Of a stretch of 64,000 nt of DNA, positions 46,086 to 57,359 are shown one piece after another. The position numbers and the translations under genes were made by a program. Positions within the stretch are counted from its first letter, which is position 1. Every line of letters starts with the position of its first letter. The notes beneath the pieces are model-generated. The model was not told the origin of the DNA, searched no databases, and saw only the letters and a program-made list of their open reading frames with translations. The stretch comes from a bacterium (GTDB lineage Bacteria; Zhuqueibacterota; Zhuqueibacteria; Residuimicrobiales; Krinioviventaceae), in the NCBI GenBank assembly GCA_963693055.1, contig OY843751.1:2848001-2912000 (forward strand). Direction: 5' to 3'.

Positions 46086-47219
46086 CTAGGATATCACAGA
46101 GTTTAAAGATTCAAAGGGCAAGTCAAATGCTTCGGCTACACCTTCATAGGTGATCTTGCCATTAATTATATTGATACCTGGAGACAACTCATCGTTGTCT
46201 CTTAATGCTTTTAAAAATTCATTTTTAGGTAACTTTGATTTTTCAGCAATTTCAATAGCATAGGGTAAAGTTGCATTAGTTAAACCAATAGTTGAAGTCA
46301 TTGGCACAGCTCCAGGCATATTCGCAACTGCATAGTGTATAACACCATCAATTACATATGTGGGGTCCTCGTGAGTTGTGGGGTGTATTGTCTCAACACA
46401 TCCACCCTGATCAACTGCAACATCCACAATTACAGTTCCAGGTCGCATGATCTTTAACATGTCTTTGGTAATCAAATTAGGAGCTTTGGCGCCAGCAATC
46501 AAAACAGCACCAATTACCAGATCTGCAGTACTGATTGATTCACGTACAGTATAAGGACTGGATTTGATTGTAGCAACATTTTTAGGCATTACATCATCAA
46601 GATAGCGCATACGGTCAAGATCAATATCAAGTATAGTTACATTTGCGCCCATACCGGCTGCCATTTTTGCTGCATTGGTACCTACAATACCTCCACCTAA
46701 AATAACAACATGAGCAGGTCTAACACCAGGTATTCCACCCAATAAAATACCTCTACCGCCAAAATATTTTTCAAGATACTTGGCACCTTCCTGAACCGCC
46801 ATACGTCCGGCTACTTCGCTCATAGGGATTAACAAAGGTAATGTACCATCCGCTTTTTCAACAGTTTCATAAGCAATACAGGTGGCCTTACTTTTAATCA
46901 TTGCATCAGTTAACTCGCGAGATGCTGCAAAATGAAAATAAGTGAATAATACTTGTCCCTCTCTGATTAAATCATATTCAGGTTTCAGAGGTTCTTTAAC
47001 CTTCATGATCATTTCAGAGCGATCAAAAATTTCTTTCGGGGTGTCTACAATTTCGGCACCAGCATTAATGTACACATCATCGGAAAAACCGCTTTCCACA
47101 CCACCATTCTTTTCAACAAGAACTTTGTGACCCTTTTGTACAAGGATTTCCACACCGGCAGGAACCAACGCTATACGATTTTCGTTGGTTTTAATTTCCT
47201 TTGGTACACCGATAATCAT
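46086..47219 (-). CDS. ald: Alanine dehydrogenase
   Basis: IGVPKEIK, MSEVAGRM, VANMPGAVP. Confidence 0.95.
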   Translation of the reverse strand: MIIGVPKEIKTNENRIALVPAGVEILVQKGHKVLVEKNGGVESGFSDDVYINAGAEIVDTPKEIFDRSEMIMKVKEPLKPEYDLIREGQVLFTYFHFAASRELTDAMIKSKATCIAYETVEKADGTLPLLIPMSEVAGRMAVQEGAKYLEKYFGGRGILLGGIPGVRPAHVVILGGGIVGTNAAKMAAGMGANVTILDIDLDRMRYLDDVMPKNVATIKSSPYTVRESISTADLVIGAVLIAGAKAPNLITKDMLKIMRPGTVIVDVAVDQGGCVETIHPTTHEDPTYVIDGVIHYAVANMPGAVPMTSTIGLTNATLPYAIEIAEKSKLPKNEFLKALRDNDELSPGINIINGKITYEGVAEAFDLPFESLNSVIS

Positions 47220-47235
47220 ACTGACCTCCAATATG

Positions 47236-48495
47236 TTAACATGGCGTTAACATGGTTAAAGTAAAGTTAGACTCGGTAAACACCTGATTTGCTAAATCCG
47301 TCAAATCATTTGGAGTTACGGCGTCAATTTTTTGAATTATAGTTTCAATTGAATTATGATGCCCACTATAAATTTCGTTCTCCCCTATTTTTCTCATTCG
47401 TCGGCCACTGCTTTCAAGGCCAAGTATTATATTGCCTTTTACATGAGATTTAATCTTGTCGAGTTCAATATTACTGATTGGCTGTTTAAGAATTTCGTTA
47501 AATTCGTTTTTAACCAATTCTATAGATTGATCAATTTTATCCTGAGCGCAAGCCATATATACACCAAAAACACCGGTATCGCGCATTATATCTGTAAAAC
47601 TATAGACATTATAAGCGAAACCATATTTCTCTCGTATATTTTGAAACAAACGAGAACTCATTCCTCCACCTAACAATATATCCAATAGTACAAGAGGATA
47701 TTTTCTATCGTCATTGTAGCCAAATGTGCGAACTCCCAAGCATAAATGTCCCTGCTGGACTGTATCAAATTTAATATTGTTAAATTTCACATTGGGAGAT
47801 TCAATAAAAGGTGGAAAATTGGTAAATTCAGAAACCACAGTTTTTTCAAAATACTTTTTTACCAGGTCTACAAATTCTTCATGCTTTACATTTCCAGCTG
47901 CAGCAACAACAATTTTACTGGTTGTATATTGGGAATGCAAATAATTTCTCAACTCATTTGAATCAAAACGAGAAACATTTTCCTGAGATCCATATATAAA
48001 GTAACCCAGTGGATGCTCAGCGTATAAATCCTGGTAAAAATTGTCCAACAACAACTCTTCAGGATCTTCTAAAGCATGATTAATTTCAGCAAGAATTACC
48101 TGGCTTTCCAGTTTAACATCTTTACTATCCATCTTGGGATTAATAATAATATCGGAGAGAATATCTACTGCAATTTCCGTATGATCATCAAGAGAATGTG
48201 CTGTATATAAACTAATTTCTTTACCGGTAGAACCATTCAAACCTCCACCAACAGCTTCAAGGCTTGATGCAATTTCTCGGGCACTACGTGTATGTGTTCC
48301 TTTAAAGAGCATATGCTCTAAAAAATGTGAGATACCGTTATTTTCCAACGTTTCGTTGCACGAACCCACATTCACCCATACACCCATAGAAACCGAACGT
48401 ACAAATGGCATTCGCTCAGTTACGACGCGAATGCCATTATCAAGAATTGTTCGATTGACTGTATTGTTGATATCAACATTTTCTAATACTGACAT
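47236..48495 (-). CDS. M16 (pitrilysin-family) zinc peptidase
   Basis: HFLEHM inverted zincin motif; GGGMSSRLFQ. Confidence 0.92.
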   Translation of the reverse strand: MSVLENVDINNTVNRTILDNGIRVVTERMPFVRSVSMGVWVNVGSCNETLENNGISHFLEHMLFKGTHTRSAREIASSLEAVGGGLNGSTGKEISLYTAHSLDDHTEIAVDILSDIIINPKMDSKDVKLESQVILAEINHALEDPEELLLDNFYQDLYAEHPLGYFIYGSQENVSRFDSNELRNYLHSQYTTSKIVVAAAGNVKHEEFVDLVKKYFEKTVVSEFTNFPPFIESPNVKFNNIKFDTVQQGHLCLGVRTFGYNDDRKYPLVLLDILLGGGMSSRLFQNIREKYGFAYNVYSFTDIMRDTGVFGVYMACAQDKIDQSIELVKNEFNEILKQPISNIELDKIKSHVKGNIILGLESSGRRMRKIGENEIYSGHHNSIETIIQKIDAVTPNDLTDLANQVFTESNFTLTMLTPC

Positions 48496-48508
48496 ATAAT
48501 ATTTTATA

Positions 48509-50587
48509 TTATTCTTCTAATAATACCTTACGGCTCAATACCATTTTGCCATCAGGTTCAATTTTCAACAATTTAACTTTAATTATTTCACCAACTTTGA
48601 GAACATCTTCAACTTTGGCTACTCGCTTTACATCAATCTGTGATATGTGCAGCAATCCTTCTTTACCAGGAAGAATTTCCACAAAAGCACCAAAATTGGT
48701 TATCTTTTTAACTTTTCCCTCATACACAGTATCAGGTTCCGGTGCTGCAGTCAGGTCTTTAACACGTTGATAAGCTTTTTCACCAGCTTCCTGATCTACT
48801 GATGCAATAGTAACTGTACCATCATCATCAATGTTTACAGTTGCACCGGTTGTTTCAGTAATATCACGTATAGTTTTACCTCCCGGTCCAATCACCGTAC
48901 CAATTGCATCTACAGGAACTTTGATAGTCAAAATTCGGGGTGCATGGGTAGACAGTTCTTGTCTGGGTTCCGGTAAAACAGCAATCATCTTATCAAGCAA
49001 AAAGAAACGAGCGTCTTTGGCTTTTTGCAGTGCATTTTTCATAATCTCTGGTGAAATACCTTTGATCTTGATGTCCATTTGTACCGCAGTGATACCTTCA
49101 TGGTTACCTGCAACCTTGAAATCCATATCACCAAAATGATCTTCGTCACCTAAAATATCGGTCAAGATAGCAACTGTATCACCTTCTTTAATTAAACCCA
49201 TAGCAATACCTGCAACATGGCTTTTAATTGGCACACCGGCATCCATTAATGACAGGGAACCCGCACAAACAGTGGCCATTGAAGATGACCCATTAGATTC
49301 CATTACATCAGAAACAATACGCAATGTATACGGAAACACTTTTTCTGTGGGAATTACAGCTTTGATAGCACGTTCAGCCAGGTTACCGTGCCCGACTTCT
49401 CTACGACTGAGTCCACGTATAAATTTCACTTCACCAGTACAGAATGGAGGGAAATTGTAATGCAGCATATAATTTTTCCAAAATTCACCTTCCAGACCTT
49501 CAATACGTTGTTCGTCTATTTTTGTACCCAATGTACTTGTTGCCAATGCTTGTGTTTGGCCACGTTGGAACAATGCTGAACCGTGTACTCTTGGCAATAA
49601 TCCAACTTCGATGTAAATATCACGAATTTCATCCAATGAACGTCCATCAAGACGTTTACCTTCTTCAAGAATGTTCTTTCTCAAAATTTCTTTTTCAAGA
49701 TCATGGAAAATATTCTTTATACGTTTTTCCTTTTCAGGGAATTCTTCAGCCAATTGCTCAAGAATGTCAGTAACCAAATCTTTTAGTGCTGTATTACGTT
49801 CATCTTTTTCTTTAATTTCCAAACATTCTGGCAATTTATCTGCACTCAGTTCTTTAACACGATTTTCCAATTCAGTAAAATCTTCAGGTTCAGGTATTTC
49901 CAGTTTAGGTTTCCCTGTAGCTTGAACCATCTCTTCCTGATATGAAATTATTTTTTTAATTTCTTCATGACCAAAACTTAGAGCTTCAAGCATTTCTTCT
50001 TCAGAAATTTCTAAAGCTTCACCTTCAACCATGGTAATTGAATCTTTGGAAGCAGCAATGATAAGGTCCATGTCGCTGGCAGCTTTTTGTTCAAAGGTTG
50101 GATTCACAACAAATTTACCATCAATTCTACCAACACGAACACCTGCAATGGGACCTTCAAAAGGAATGTTTGATAAGCTCAAAGCCAAAGATGCCGCAGT
50201 AATACCTAAAACATCGGCATCATTTTCACGGTCGGCTGAAAGAACCATAACCATGATTTGTACTTCATTTAAAAAATTATCTGGAAACAAGGGTCTTATA
50301 GGACGATCAATTAATCGGGCACTTAGAATTTCTGTATCAGAAGGACGACCCTCACGTTTCAGAAAGCCTCCTGGAATTTTACCTACAGCATATGCTTTTT
50401 CCCGATAGTCTACAGAAAGTGGGAAAAAGTCCTGATCGGGTGGTGCATCTTTGGAACATACCGCGGTTGCATGTACAACAGTTTCACCCAATTGTACCCA
50501 TGCAGCACCATTGGCCTGTTTAGCCAGTTTACCGGTCTCCAGGATAAAAGGTTGGCCATTAAGGTCGTATTGTTTTTTATGAATCAT
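48509..50587 (-). CDS. pnp: Polyribonucleotide nucleotidyltransferase
   Basis: RREVGHG, ESNGSSSMA, GDMDFKVAG, KH and S1 domains. Confidence 0.97.
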   Translation of the reverse strand: MIHKKQYDLNGQPFILETGKLAKQANGAAWVQLGETVVHATAVCSKDAPPDQDFFPLSVDYREKAYAVGKIPGGFLKREGRPSDTEILSARLIDRPIRPLFPDNFLNEVQIMVMVLSADRENDADVLGITAASLALSLSNIPFEGPIAGVRVGRIDGKFVVNPTFEQKAASDMDLIIAASKDSITMVEGEALEISEEEMLEALSFGHEEIKKIISYQEEMVQATGKPKLEIPEPEDFTELENRVKELSADKLPECLEIKEKDERNTALKDLVTDILEQLAEEFPEKEKRIKNIFHDLEKEILRKNILEEGKRLDGRSLDEIRDIYIEVGLLPRVHGSALFQRGQTQALATSTLGTKIDEQRIEGLEGEFWKNYMLHYNFPPFCTGEVKFIRGLSRREVGHGNLAERAIKAVIPTEKVFPYTLRIVSDVMESNGSSSMATVCAGSLSLMDAGVPIKSHVAGIAMGLIKEGDTVAILTDILGDEDHFGDMDFKVAGNHEGITAVQMDIKIKGISPEIMKNALQKAKDARFFLLDKMIAVLPEPRQELSTHAPRILTIKVPVDAIGTVIGPGGKTIRDITETTGATVNIDDDGTVTIASVDQEAGEKAYQRVKDLTAAPEPDTVYEGKVKKITNFGAFVEILPGKEGLLHISQIDVKRVAKVEDVLKVGEIIKVKLLKIEPDGKMVLSRKVLLEE

Positions 50588-50661
50588 TATTCCTCCATTC
50601 GAATTCAATACCCGATTAATACTGTTTTACAGGTATATGAACAATAGCACTGTGCTATTAA

Positions 50662-52002
50662 TTAATTCACTGCTTGTTCTGCAGTTTCCAACAAATCTGT
50701 TAATACAGGCTCAAATTTTTCCAATTTAAGCGCATTAAACAGATAAACAGAAGCTTTTTCTGTTGTTTTAATATATTTTTTATCACCTTTTGTCTTGCCA
50801 ATATGGAGTTCCAGGAGAAGATTATTATCCTGAAATAATTTGCATACTACATTTGGCGCTTTTAATCCATATTGATCAAGTGATGATGGATTATCTGATA
50901 CAAATTCATCTACAGTCATTCGTGATGCTTCGCGTACAATGCCCATCATTTTCCAATTTCTTGCTTTGGCGTTATTTTCTGATTCAATAAACCACGTATC
51001 TGATGTATCTTTAACACAAACAAGGTGTTGTTTATTGTATAATAATTCAACTTTATTTACAAAATCAGAATTAATATCTGTAATTTGCTTGTTTCTGAAT
51101 GCTGCAACCGGGGCCATAAATCTACCAACAAACGTTGTATCTACCATAAAGATATTGCTTTTCAATTCATCTTTAACATAGCACTTGTTTCCGATTTTAT
51201 TACCAACAAGCAAAGTTTTTACAAATTGATTATCACCTAAAATAAAATTGAGCTTCATTGACGGTTTTGATAATCCATATTGAGATAATGTACCAGGAGT
51301 ATCAATAAACTCTTTAACTTGCTCGCTGTTCAGCGAGTTGGTAATGGCGCTTATCTTTGTAGAAGTAACCTCCCACTCTACAGGTGATGTAATATTCCAA
51401 GAGGCTCCATTCTTTTTCAAAACAATTGTGTCATATTTATTTTGGATTTTGATTTCGCTCAACATTGAGCTTTCAATATCCAGTAACTTTTTATCACGCA
51501 TGTCAAACAATGTTTTTTCCAAAAAATTGCCAAGACTGGTAGTTGTTAAAAATACATCATCACTTCCGGAACGTTTGGCAAAAATATTTGCCTCTGTTGG
51601 TGTTTTATCTCCGATATAAAAAGTATCTAAAACACTCTGGTGTCCAATAATTAACTTTCCTTTGGCTGGTGACAATCCAAAATTAGAGTATTGTGAAGGA
51701 TCAGAAGACACTGTCCTTTCCATATTTGCCCAGCCAAAAAGACTGGTAATTGAATTTACAGCACTGTTATCAGCCGCGTATTCAATTGGTTTTGTAATTT
51801 TCCAGTTATTAACATTTTTAACTAGATGTATACCCAAAGGTTCTATTATGATTTGATCTATACTGTCTTTTTCAACTGTTAACAGTTTTCCAGCTATCTG
51901 TTCTTGCTCTTTTTTATCTTTATCCGATTTATTTAAAAATAGTACGGTTGCAACACCTATAGCAAAAACGATAGCCATAACAAGTGTTGTTTTAAAATTC
52001 AT
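50662..52002 (-). CDS. DUF4340 domain protein
   Basis: N-terminal TM and repeated YGL..P motifs; typical partner of GldG-like genes. Confidence 0.75.
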   Translation of the reverse strand: MNFKTTLVMAIVFAIGVATVLFLNKSDKDKKEQEQIAGKLLTVEKDSIDQIIIEPLGIHLVKNVNNWKITKPIEYAADNSAVNSITSLFGWANMERTVSSDPSQYSNFGLSPAKGKLIIGHQSVLDTFYIGDKTPTEANIFAKRSGSDDVFLTTTSLGNFLEKTLFDMRDKKLLDIESSMLSEIKIQNKYDTIVLKKNGASWNITSPVEWEVTSTKISAITNSLNSEQVKEFIDTPGTLSQYGLSKPSMKLNFILGDNQFVKTLLVGNKIGNKCYVKDELKSNIFMVDTTFVGRFMAPVAAFRNKQITDINSDFVNKVELLYNKQHLVCVKDTSDTWFIESENNAKARNWKMMGIVREASRMTVDEFVSDNPSSLDQYGLKAPNVVCKLFQDNNLLLELHIGKTKGDKKYIKTTEKASVYLFNALKLEKFEPVLTDLLETAEQAVN

Positions 52003-52057
52003 CCAGATAATCTCCACAATTTGTTTTAACTGGTTGCTACCCACTATCTGAAAACAA

Positions 52058-52088
52058 AAATTCTGCCGGAATTTACTCCGGCAGAATT
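52058..52088 (-). terminator. Hairpin between the GldG-like and DUF4340 genes
   Basis: aattctgccgga/tccggcagaatt plus U-run. Confidence 0.6.
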
Positions 52089-52091
52089 GGA

Positions 52092-53645
52092 TTATTTTCG
52101 TTTAACGTATACAACAATTCCAGTGATAAAAATCAATACAGGTAGTAATATTACACCCAAATACAAAATCAATCGAGATTGTTTTTGAGTTAAATTTAAA
52201 CGCCGGTCTTCAGGATTTTTAGGACGAACTGATATTAGATCTTCCTCTTCTGCCAACCAGCTTATAGTGTTCATAAATAAATCATTATTTCCCTGAACAC
52301 TCAGGTAACTGTCACTTGCAAAATCCGCATCTCCAAAAACGGCAATTCTGGATTTAAACTCTTTAATTTCTCCATTATCAGGAGCATACGCAGGATTCAC
52401 AACAGACTTTTCGCTAACGGCGAAAACAGTCACAGGACCCTTAATATCCTGGTTATCTTCAAATGATACCCGATCAGACACAATTGGACTGGTTTCAGCC
52501 CAACTTTGAGGACTTGTTTGAGCAATTGAAGTAAATGAAATATCCGGCGCTTTATCCGGGTTTTCAGCAATTGATCTTGCAAGCGGGAAAAAAGTCATTA
52601 CATTAAAATCTTTAGATATTGCATGATCTCCATACTTGGAAACAATTGGAATTGTTGGACCTGCCCCAAAGAGTTGGCCAATACCAGACGCATCCACCAC
52701 AATATCATTACCAATTACAAAACCATATTTAGCTAAAAAGTCACTATAACCTGATGGAGAATCACTATCAATCAGGAACATGGCTTTTCCACCACTGGCC
52801 AAATAGTTGGTAATTTTTTCTTTTTCAATATCAAATAATTCAGTCTGGGGATCAGCAATAATCAGTACACTACAATCATCAGGAATTGAATCTTGAGGAT
52901 TTATTGCAAGTACTAATTCACTAATCTGGTAATTTTCGTCTAAAATAGATTGTTTGGCTTTGGTGAAACCAGTTTGCGATGCATTATCAAAATCTCTTTC
53001 ACCATGTCCTTTAGAATAATAAATCTTTTTAATTTTATCACGTGTAACAGTAATAAGCGCATTGGTTATTTCCTCTTCGGTAACATTATTGATTCTTTCC
53101 TGTTTGCCAGCACAATCAAAAACAATGGTACCATAAGATTTAACACCAAAATTTTTAGTAATTCCTGGTTTTTTATCAGGATCTACAAATTCATATTTAA
53201 GCCTAGATGTAAAATGAGAATACTCGTCAAGCATTTCCTGTAAACGTGCTTCTTCACCCGTTTTAAAGAAACCGGTAATTTTAACATCTTTATCCAAATT
53301 TTCCAAAACTTTGCGGGTTTGCTCAGCTAAGCTGAAAAATTTAGATGCGGTTAGATCTGCCCGATACGAGAAACGAGCAAATAGTATGTTAACAACGATT
53401 ACAATACCCAAAACAAAAATGATCATAAAAGCCGCGTTTGTACCAAATTTTGTTGATCTACTGTTTAATCCTGTTTTAATGGTATTGAATTTTAAAATAA
53501 TAAAAGTTAAAAGTAAAAACAATCCGGATCCAAGCAATACCCAATTGAGTACGCCCATAACCAGATTAATTGAATATATAATCAAGCCTAGCAAGACCAA
53601 TGCAAGTCCTAACCAGCCAACAATATTTGCGAATTTTTTAATCAT
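52092..53645 (-). CDS. GldG-like ABC auxiliary component
   Basis: DLTASKFFSLAEQT, GHGER, GNNDLFMNTISWL. Confidence 0.85.
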   Translation of the reverse strand: MIKKFANIVGWLGLALVLLGLIIYSINLVMGVLNWVLLGSGLFLLLTFIILKFNTIKTGLNSRSTKFGTNAAFMIIFVLGIVIVVNILFARFSYRADLTASKFFSLAEQTRKVLENLDKDVKITGFFKTGEEARLQEMLDEYSHFTSRLKYEFVDPDKKPGITKNFGVKSYGTIVFDCAGKQERINNVTEEEITNALITVTRDKIKKIYYSKGHGERDFDNASQTGFTKAKQSILDENYQISELVLAINPQDSIPDDCSVLIIADPQTELFDIEKEKITNYLASGGKAMFLIDSDSPSGYSDFLAKYGFVIGNDIVVDASGIGQLFGAGPTIPIVSKYGDHAISKDFNVMTFFPLARSIAENPDKAPDISFTSIAQTSPQSWAETSPIVSDRVSFEDNQDIKGPVTVFAVSEKSVVNPAYAPDNGEIKEFKSRIAVFGDADFASDSYLSVQGNNDLFMNTISWLAEEEDLISVRPKNPEDRRLNLTQKQSRLILYLGVILLPVLIFITGIVVYVKRK

Positions 53646-54427
53646 CTTCCCCTCCATCTTGCAGATTCGATCGAAATATAAGAAAGGAATAGACCCATAA
53701 AAATAAAACTGATATAGAAAATAATATGCTTGGTGTCAATAACACCTTTGGCAAAATCATCAAAATGTTCAATAAGAGAAAAATTTGATAATATTTTACC
53801 AATTTCCGGATTGACAAAACTGGAAACCCAGCCAATGGCCCAAAAGAATAAAATAAAAGTAACTGTACTAACAGCTGCTATGATTTGATTATCGGTAATA
53901 GTTGAGAAAAATAACCCAAAAGAAACATATGATAATCCTAATAACAGCATCCCCAAATAACCACTAAAAATGGGACCAATTTCAGGTTTTCCAAAAACCA
54001 TTAACAATAACATATAGATAAAAGAAGCTGCAAGCATGATAATGAAAAGTAAACCTGCTGCAGAAAATTTACCCAAAATGGATTGAAAATTAGTAACTGG
54101 TGATGTTGATAAAAGTTCTATGGTACCTGTGCGTTTTTCATCCGAAAATAAACGCATTGTTACAAGTGGAAGAAAAAACAATGCAAACAGGCTCATATTA
54201 TGAAAAACAGGACGAATAGCCATCATATTGACATTCAACTTTGGAGGTTGCATTTGATAGTATTGCGCCTGCATATCCGCTTGCATGCACATTTGAACAA
54301 AATTTGAAATAATTAGATAAAAGAATAATCCGGAAAGTAATAGAAACAATCCAATTACAACATATGCAATTGGAGACGCAAAGTAGGATTTTAACTCCCG
54401 ATTCATTATTGCAATATAATTTCTCAT
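53642..54427 (-). CDS. ABC-2 permease (GldF-like)
   Basis: RELKSYFASPIAY, EKRTGTIELL. Confidence 0.88.
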   Translation of the reverse strand: MRNYIAIMNRELKSYFASPIAYVVIGLFLLLSGLFFYLIISNFVQMCMQADMQAQYYQMQPPKLNVNMMAIRPVFHNMSLFALFFLPLVTMRLFSDEKRTGTIELLSTSPVTNFQSILGKFSAAGLLFIIMLAASFIYMLLLMVFGKPEIGPIFSGYLGMLLLGLSYVSFGLFFSTITDNQIIAAVSTVTFILFFWAIGWVSSFVNPEIGKILSNFSLIEHFDDFAKGVIDTKHIIFYISFIFMGLFLSYISIESARWRGR

Positions 54428-55374
54428 TCTACGGCTCCCTCCTCTTTGGTTGTCAATTGCAGGAACACATCTTCAAGACTAATATCTTGAGACTTTTGTT
54501 CATACAATGACCATCCATTTTCCACAATGGACCTGGCTACAAGAGGTCTTATTTCTACTGACGAATTAGATTCAATTATAATTGAACCCTGTTCCGGGCT
54601 GGTTCCTTGTTCTATACGGATTGTATCGACCCCTTGAATAGTACTCAGTTTGGATTCAATATCCTTCAAAGGGCCCCCTACCTGAACTGTCAGTTGTTGG
54701 GAACCGGCAAGGTTTTTAGTCAGGTTTTCTGGTGTATCTTCTGCCACAACCTTGCCTTTATTGATGATAACCACACGTTCACATGTCATACTTACTTCGG
54801 GAAGTATGTGTGTACTCAAAATAATAGTGTGATCACCAGCCAGACTTTTAATTAATTCACGAACTTCGATGATCTGTTTTGGATCAAGACCAACAGTAGG
54901 TTCGTCTAATATTAATACTTCGGGATTATGAACCAACGCCTGGGCCAACCCAACACGCTGCTTATATCCCTTTGATAGATGTTTAATAACTCGATTACTT
55001 ACATGGGTAATATAGGTCTTACCCATAGCATCATTAACAGCTTTTTTGTTTTGTTTTGCTTCAACACCTTTAATTTTAGCAACAAATGAGAGATAATCTT
55101 TTACTCGCATTTCCTGATATAATGGTGGTGTTTCAGGTAAATAACCAATACGTTTTCTTACTTGCATTGATTGTTCATGCACATCAAAACCGGCAACGGA
55201 TGCAGTTCCTGTTGTTGCAGGTAGATAGGTTGTTAAAATACGCATGGTAGTTGTCTTACCAGCTGCGTTCGGGCCTAAAAATCCCAAAATTTCACCTTTT
55301 TCTACCTGAAAGGAGATATTGTCCACAGCTGCAAACCGGCCATAATAACGTGATATGCCTTTCACGTCAATCAT
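54424..55374 (-). CDS. ABC ATP-binding protein (GldA-like)
   Basis: GPNAAGKTT, LSKGYKQR, LDEP. Confidence 0.92.
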   Translation of the reverse strand: MIDVKGISRYYGRFAAVDNISFQVEKGEILGFLGPNAAGKTTTMRILTTYLPATTGTASVAGFDVHEQSMQVRKRIGYLPETPPLYQEMRVKDYLSFVAKIKGVEAKQNKKAVNDAMGKTYITHVSNRVIKHLSKGYKQRVGLAQALVHNPEVLILDEPTVGLDPKQIIEVRELIKSLAGDHTIILSTHILPEVSMTCERVVIINKGKVVAEDTPENLTKNLAGSQQLTVQVGGPLKDIESKLSTIQGVDTIRIEQGTSPEQGSIIIESNSSVEIRPLVARSIVENGWSLYEQKSQDISLEDVFLQLTTKEEGAVE

Positions 55375-55427
55375 TCGAAAACCTCCTTTCTAATGGTAAA
55401 TGATAGCTAAATTATGAGAATACTGAT

Positions 55428-55697
55428 TTAGCGACGAATACCCAACTTTTTGATCAATACACGGTATTCTTCAATATCATTATCCTTGAGATAATCAAGC
55501 ATTCTTCTACGTTTACCTACCAATTTCAGCAAACCTCTTCTTGAATGATGATCTTTAGAATGAGTTTGAAAATGCTTTGTTAAATCATTGATACGTTCGG
55601 TTAAAATTGCAACCTGTACTTCGGTATTACCGGTATCGTTGCTGTTTGTACCAAATTCTTCAACAAGTTGCTGTTTTCTTTCGTTTGTTACGGGCAT
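55428..55697 (-). CDS. rpsO: 30S ribosomal protein S15
   Basis: [10 protein letters not shown]...KDHHSRRGL. Confidence 0.97.
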   Translation of the reverse strand: MPVTNERKQQLVEEFGTNSNDTGNTEVQVAILTERINDLTKHFQTHSKDHHSRRGLLKLVGKRRRMLDYLKDNDIEEYRVLIKKLGIRR

Positions 55698-55717
55698 TTA
55701 AAACCTCCAACCATTGT

Positions 55718-56653
55718 TTACAATTGCTTTAATATTTCAAAAGCTGTTTCTTTGTCATGTTTTATTTGTGGTAATAATTCATGTGCTGAATTAAACTTTA
55801 TATCATCTCTAATAAATTTAGTAAAGTATAATTCAACATGCTTGTTATAAATATCTCTGTCAAAGTCATAAATATGAGATTCAATAACCTTGTGTGACAA
55901 GTTAAATGTAGGTCTGGGACCCACATAGGTTACTGAATTAAATATTTCATTGTCAATTTTTATATGTGTAGCATACACACCTTCTTTAGGTATAAGCTTG
56001 TATTGAGAATAGGGTTTTATATTTGCAGTAGGATAACCTAATTCTCGGCCACGTCCGTCACCTTTTACAACTTGACCGGTAATAGAATATTCTCTACCTA
56101 AAAGATTAGATGCTTTTTCAACATTACCATCATAAACCATTTTTCGAACAAGTGTGCTGCTTACTATTTCATCTTTGATTGTAACCGGAGATAAAGATTC
56201 AATTGAAAAATCATTATCATTGCCATAATCTGATAATAAATCGATATTACCTTTACGGTTTTTTCCAAATGAATGATCATGTCCAATAATTATTCGCTTC
56301 ATATGAAGCTTTTCAAGTAAAATCTGAGTAATAAATTCTTCAGCAGTCATCGACGCAAAAGCACTCGTGAAATTGGTTACAATTAACCTGTCTAAACCCA
56401 TACCTTCCAGGAGTTTTGATTTCTCTTCAATTGTAGTCAAAAGGTTTAAAGGTATTTTTCCACGGTTTCCAACAACTAAACCGGGGTGGGGTTCAAAGGT
56501 TACAAGAGTAGATTTGGCATTTAATGATTTTGCACCGGCAACAAGATTATTAATAATTTCTTGATGTCCTTTATGAATACCATCAAAAGTGCCAACAGTT
56601 ACAACGCTGTCACTTTTTAGAAATATATTATTAAAATCCCAGATCGTTTCCAA
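55718..56653 (-). CDS. ribF: Riboflavin kinase/FAD synthetase
   Basis: GTFDGIHKGH, GRELGYPTAN. Confidence 0.95.
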   Translation of the reverse strand: METIWDFNNIFLKSDSVVTVGTFDGIHKGHQEIINNLVAGAKSLNAKSTLVTFEPHPGLVVGNRGKIPLNLLTTIEEKSKLLEGMGLDRLIVTNFTSAFASMTAEEFITQILLEKLHMKRIIIGHDHSFGKNRKGNIDLLSDYGNDNDFSIESLSPVTIKDEIVSSTLVRKMVYDGNVEKASNLLGREYSITGQVVKGDGRGRELGYPTANIKPYSQYKLIPKEGVYATHIKIDNEIFNSVTYVGPRPTFNLSHKVIESHIYDFDRDIYNKHVELYFTKFIRDDIKFNSAHELLPQIKHDKETAFEILKQL

Positions 56654-56668
56654 TTTCAGTATTATCCA

Positions 56669-57343
56669 TTAAAAACTGTTTTTATGCAAATATTTATTAA
56701 CATCATTTATTTCTGTCGTAGACTTTAAATTAAACTCACCTATTCTAACACGTGTTAATTTTTGCAAATATCCACAAGTATTTAAATATTTACAAATATC
56801 TTGTGCAAGAGTACGAATATAGGTGCCTTTAGAACAGGTAACTTGCATTTTAACGTGAGTAAGTGAAATTTGTTTCAAATTCAATTTGTAAATTGTAATT
56901 TTCCTTTTTTCCAATTCAACCTTTCCACCATTTCTAACTATCTCATAAGATCGTCTGCCATTTACCTTTAATGCAGAAAAGTCTGGCGGAACTTGCTCTA
57001 TAATGCCTGTAAATTGTTCACTGGTTTTACGCAACAAAATATCATCAAGTTCAACCAGATCACAAGTTTTTACAATGTTACCAGAAACATCTAATGTATT
57101 AGTTTCAGAACCCAGATAAATATCTGCTTCATATTCTTTTTCCGAGTCCATCAATTCACTTACTCGCTTGGTAGCGCGACCAACACAGACAAGCAATACT
57201 CCATCTGCAAATGGATCGAGTGTACCTGCATGCCCAACTTTAAAATTGGGGAAAATGCGTTTAACATACCGGACTGCATCGTTTGACGACCAACCAATAG
57301 GTTTATTTATGTTTAATACAATATCCGGTTTTTCAATATTCAT
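56669..57343 (-). CDS. truB: tRNA pseudouridine(55) synthase
   Basis: GHAGTLDP, CSKGTYIR; start reassigned to MNIEK. Confidence 0.95.
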   Translation of the reverse strand: MNIEKPDIVLNINKPIGWSSNDAVRYVKRIFPNFKVGHAGTLDPFADGVLLVCVGRATKRVSELMDSEKEYEADIYLGSETNTLDVSGNIVKTCDLVELDDILLRKTSEQFTGIIEQVPPDFSALKVNGRRSYEIVRNGGKVELEKRKITIYKLNLKQISLTHVKMQVTCSKGTYIRTLAQDICKYLNTCGYLQKLTRVRIGEFNLKSTTEINDVNKYLHKNSF

Positions 57344-57359
57344 AAATTCTAAAACTTGG

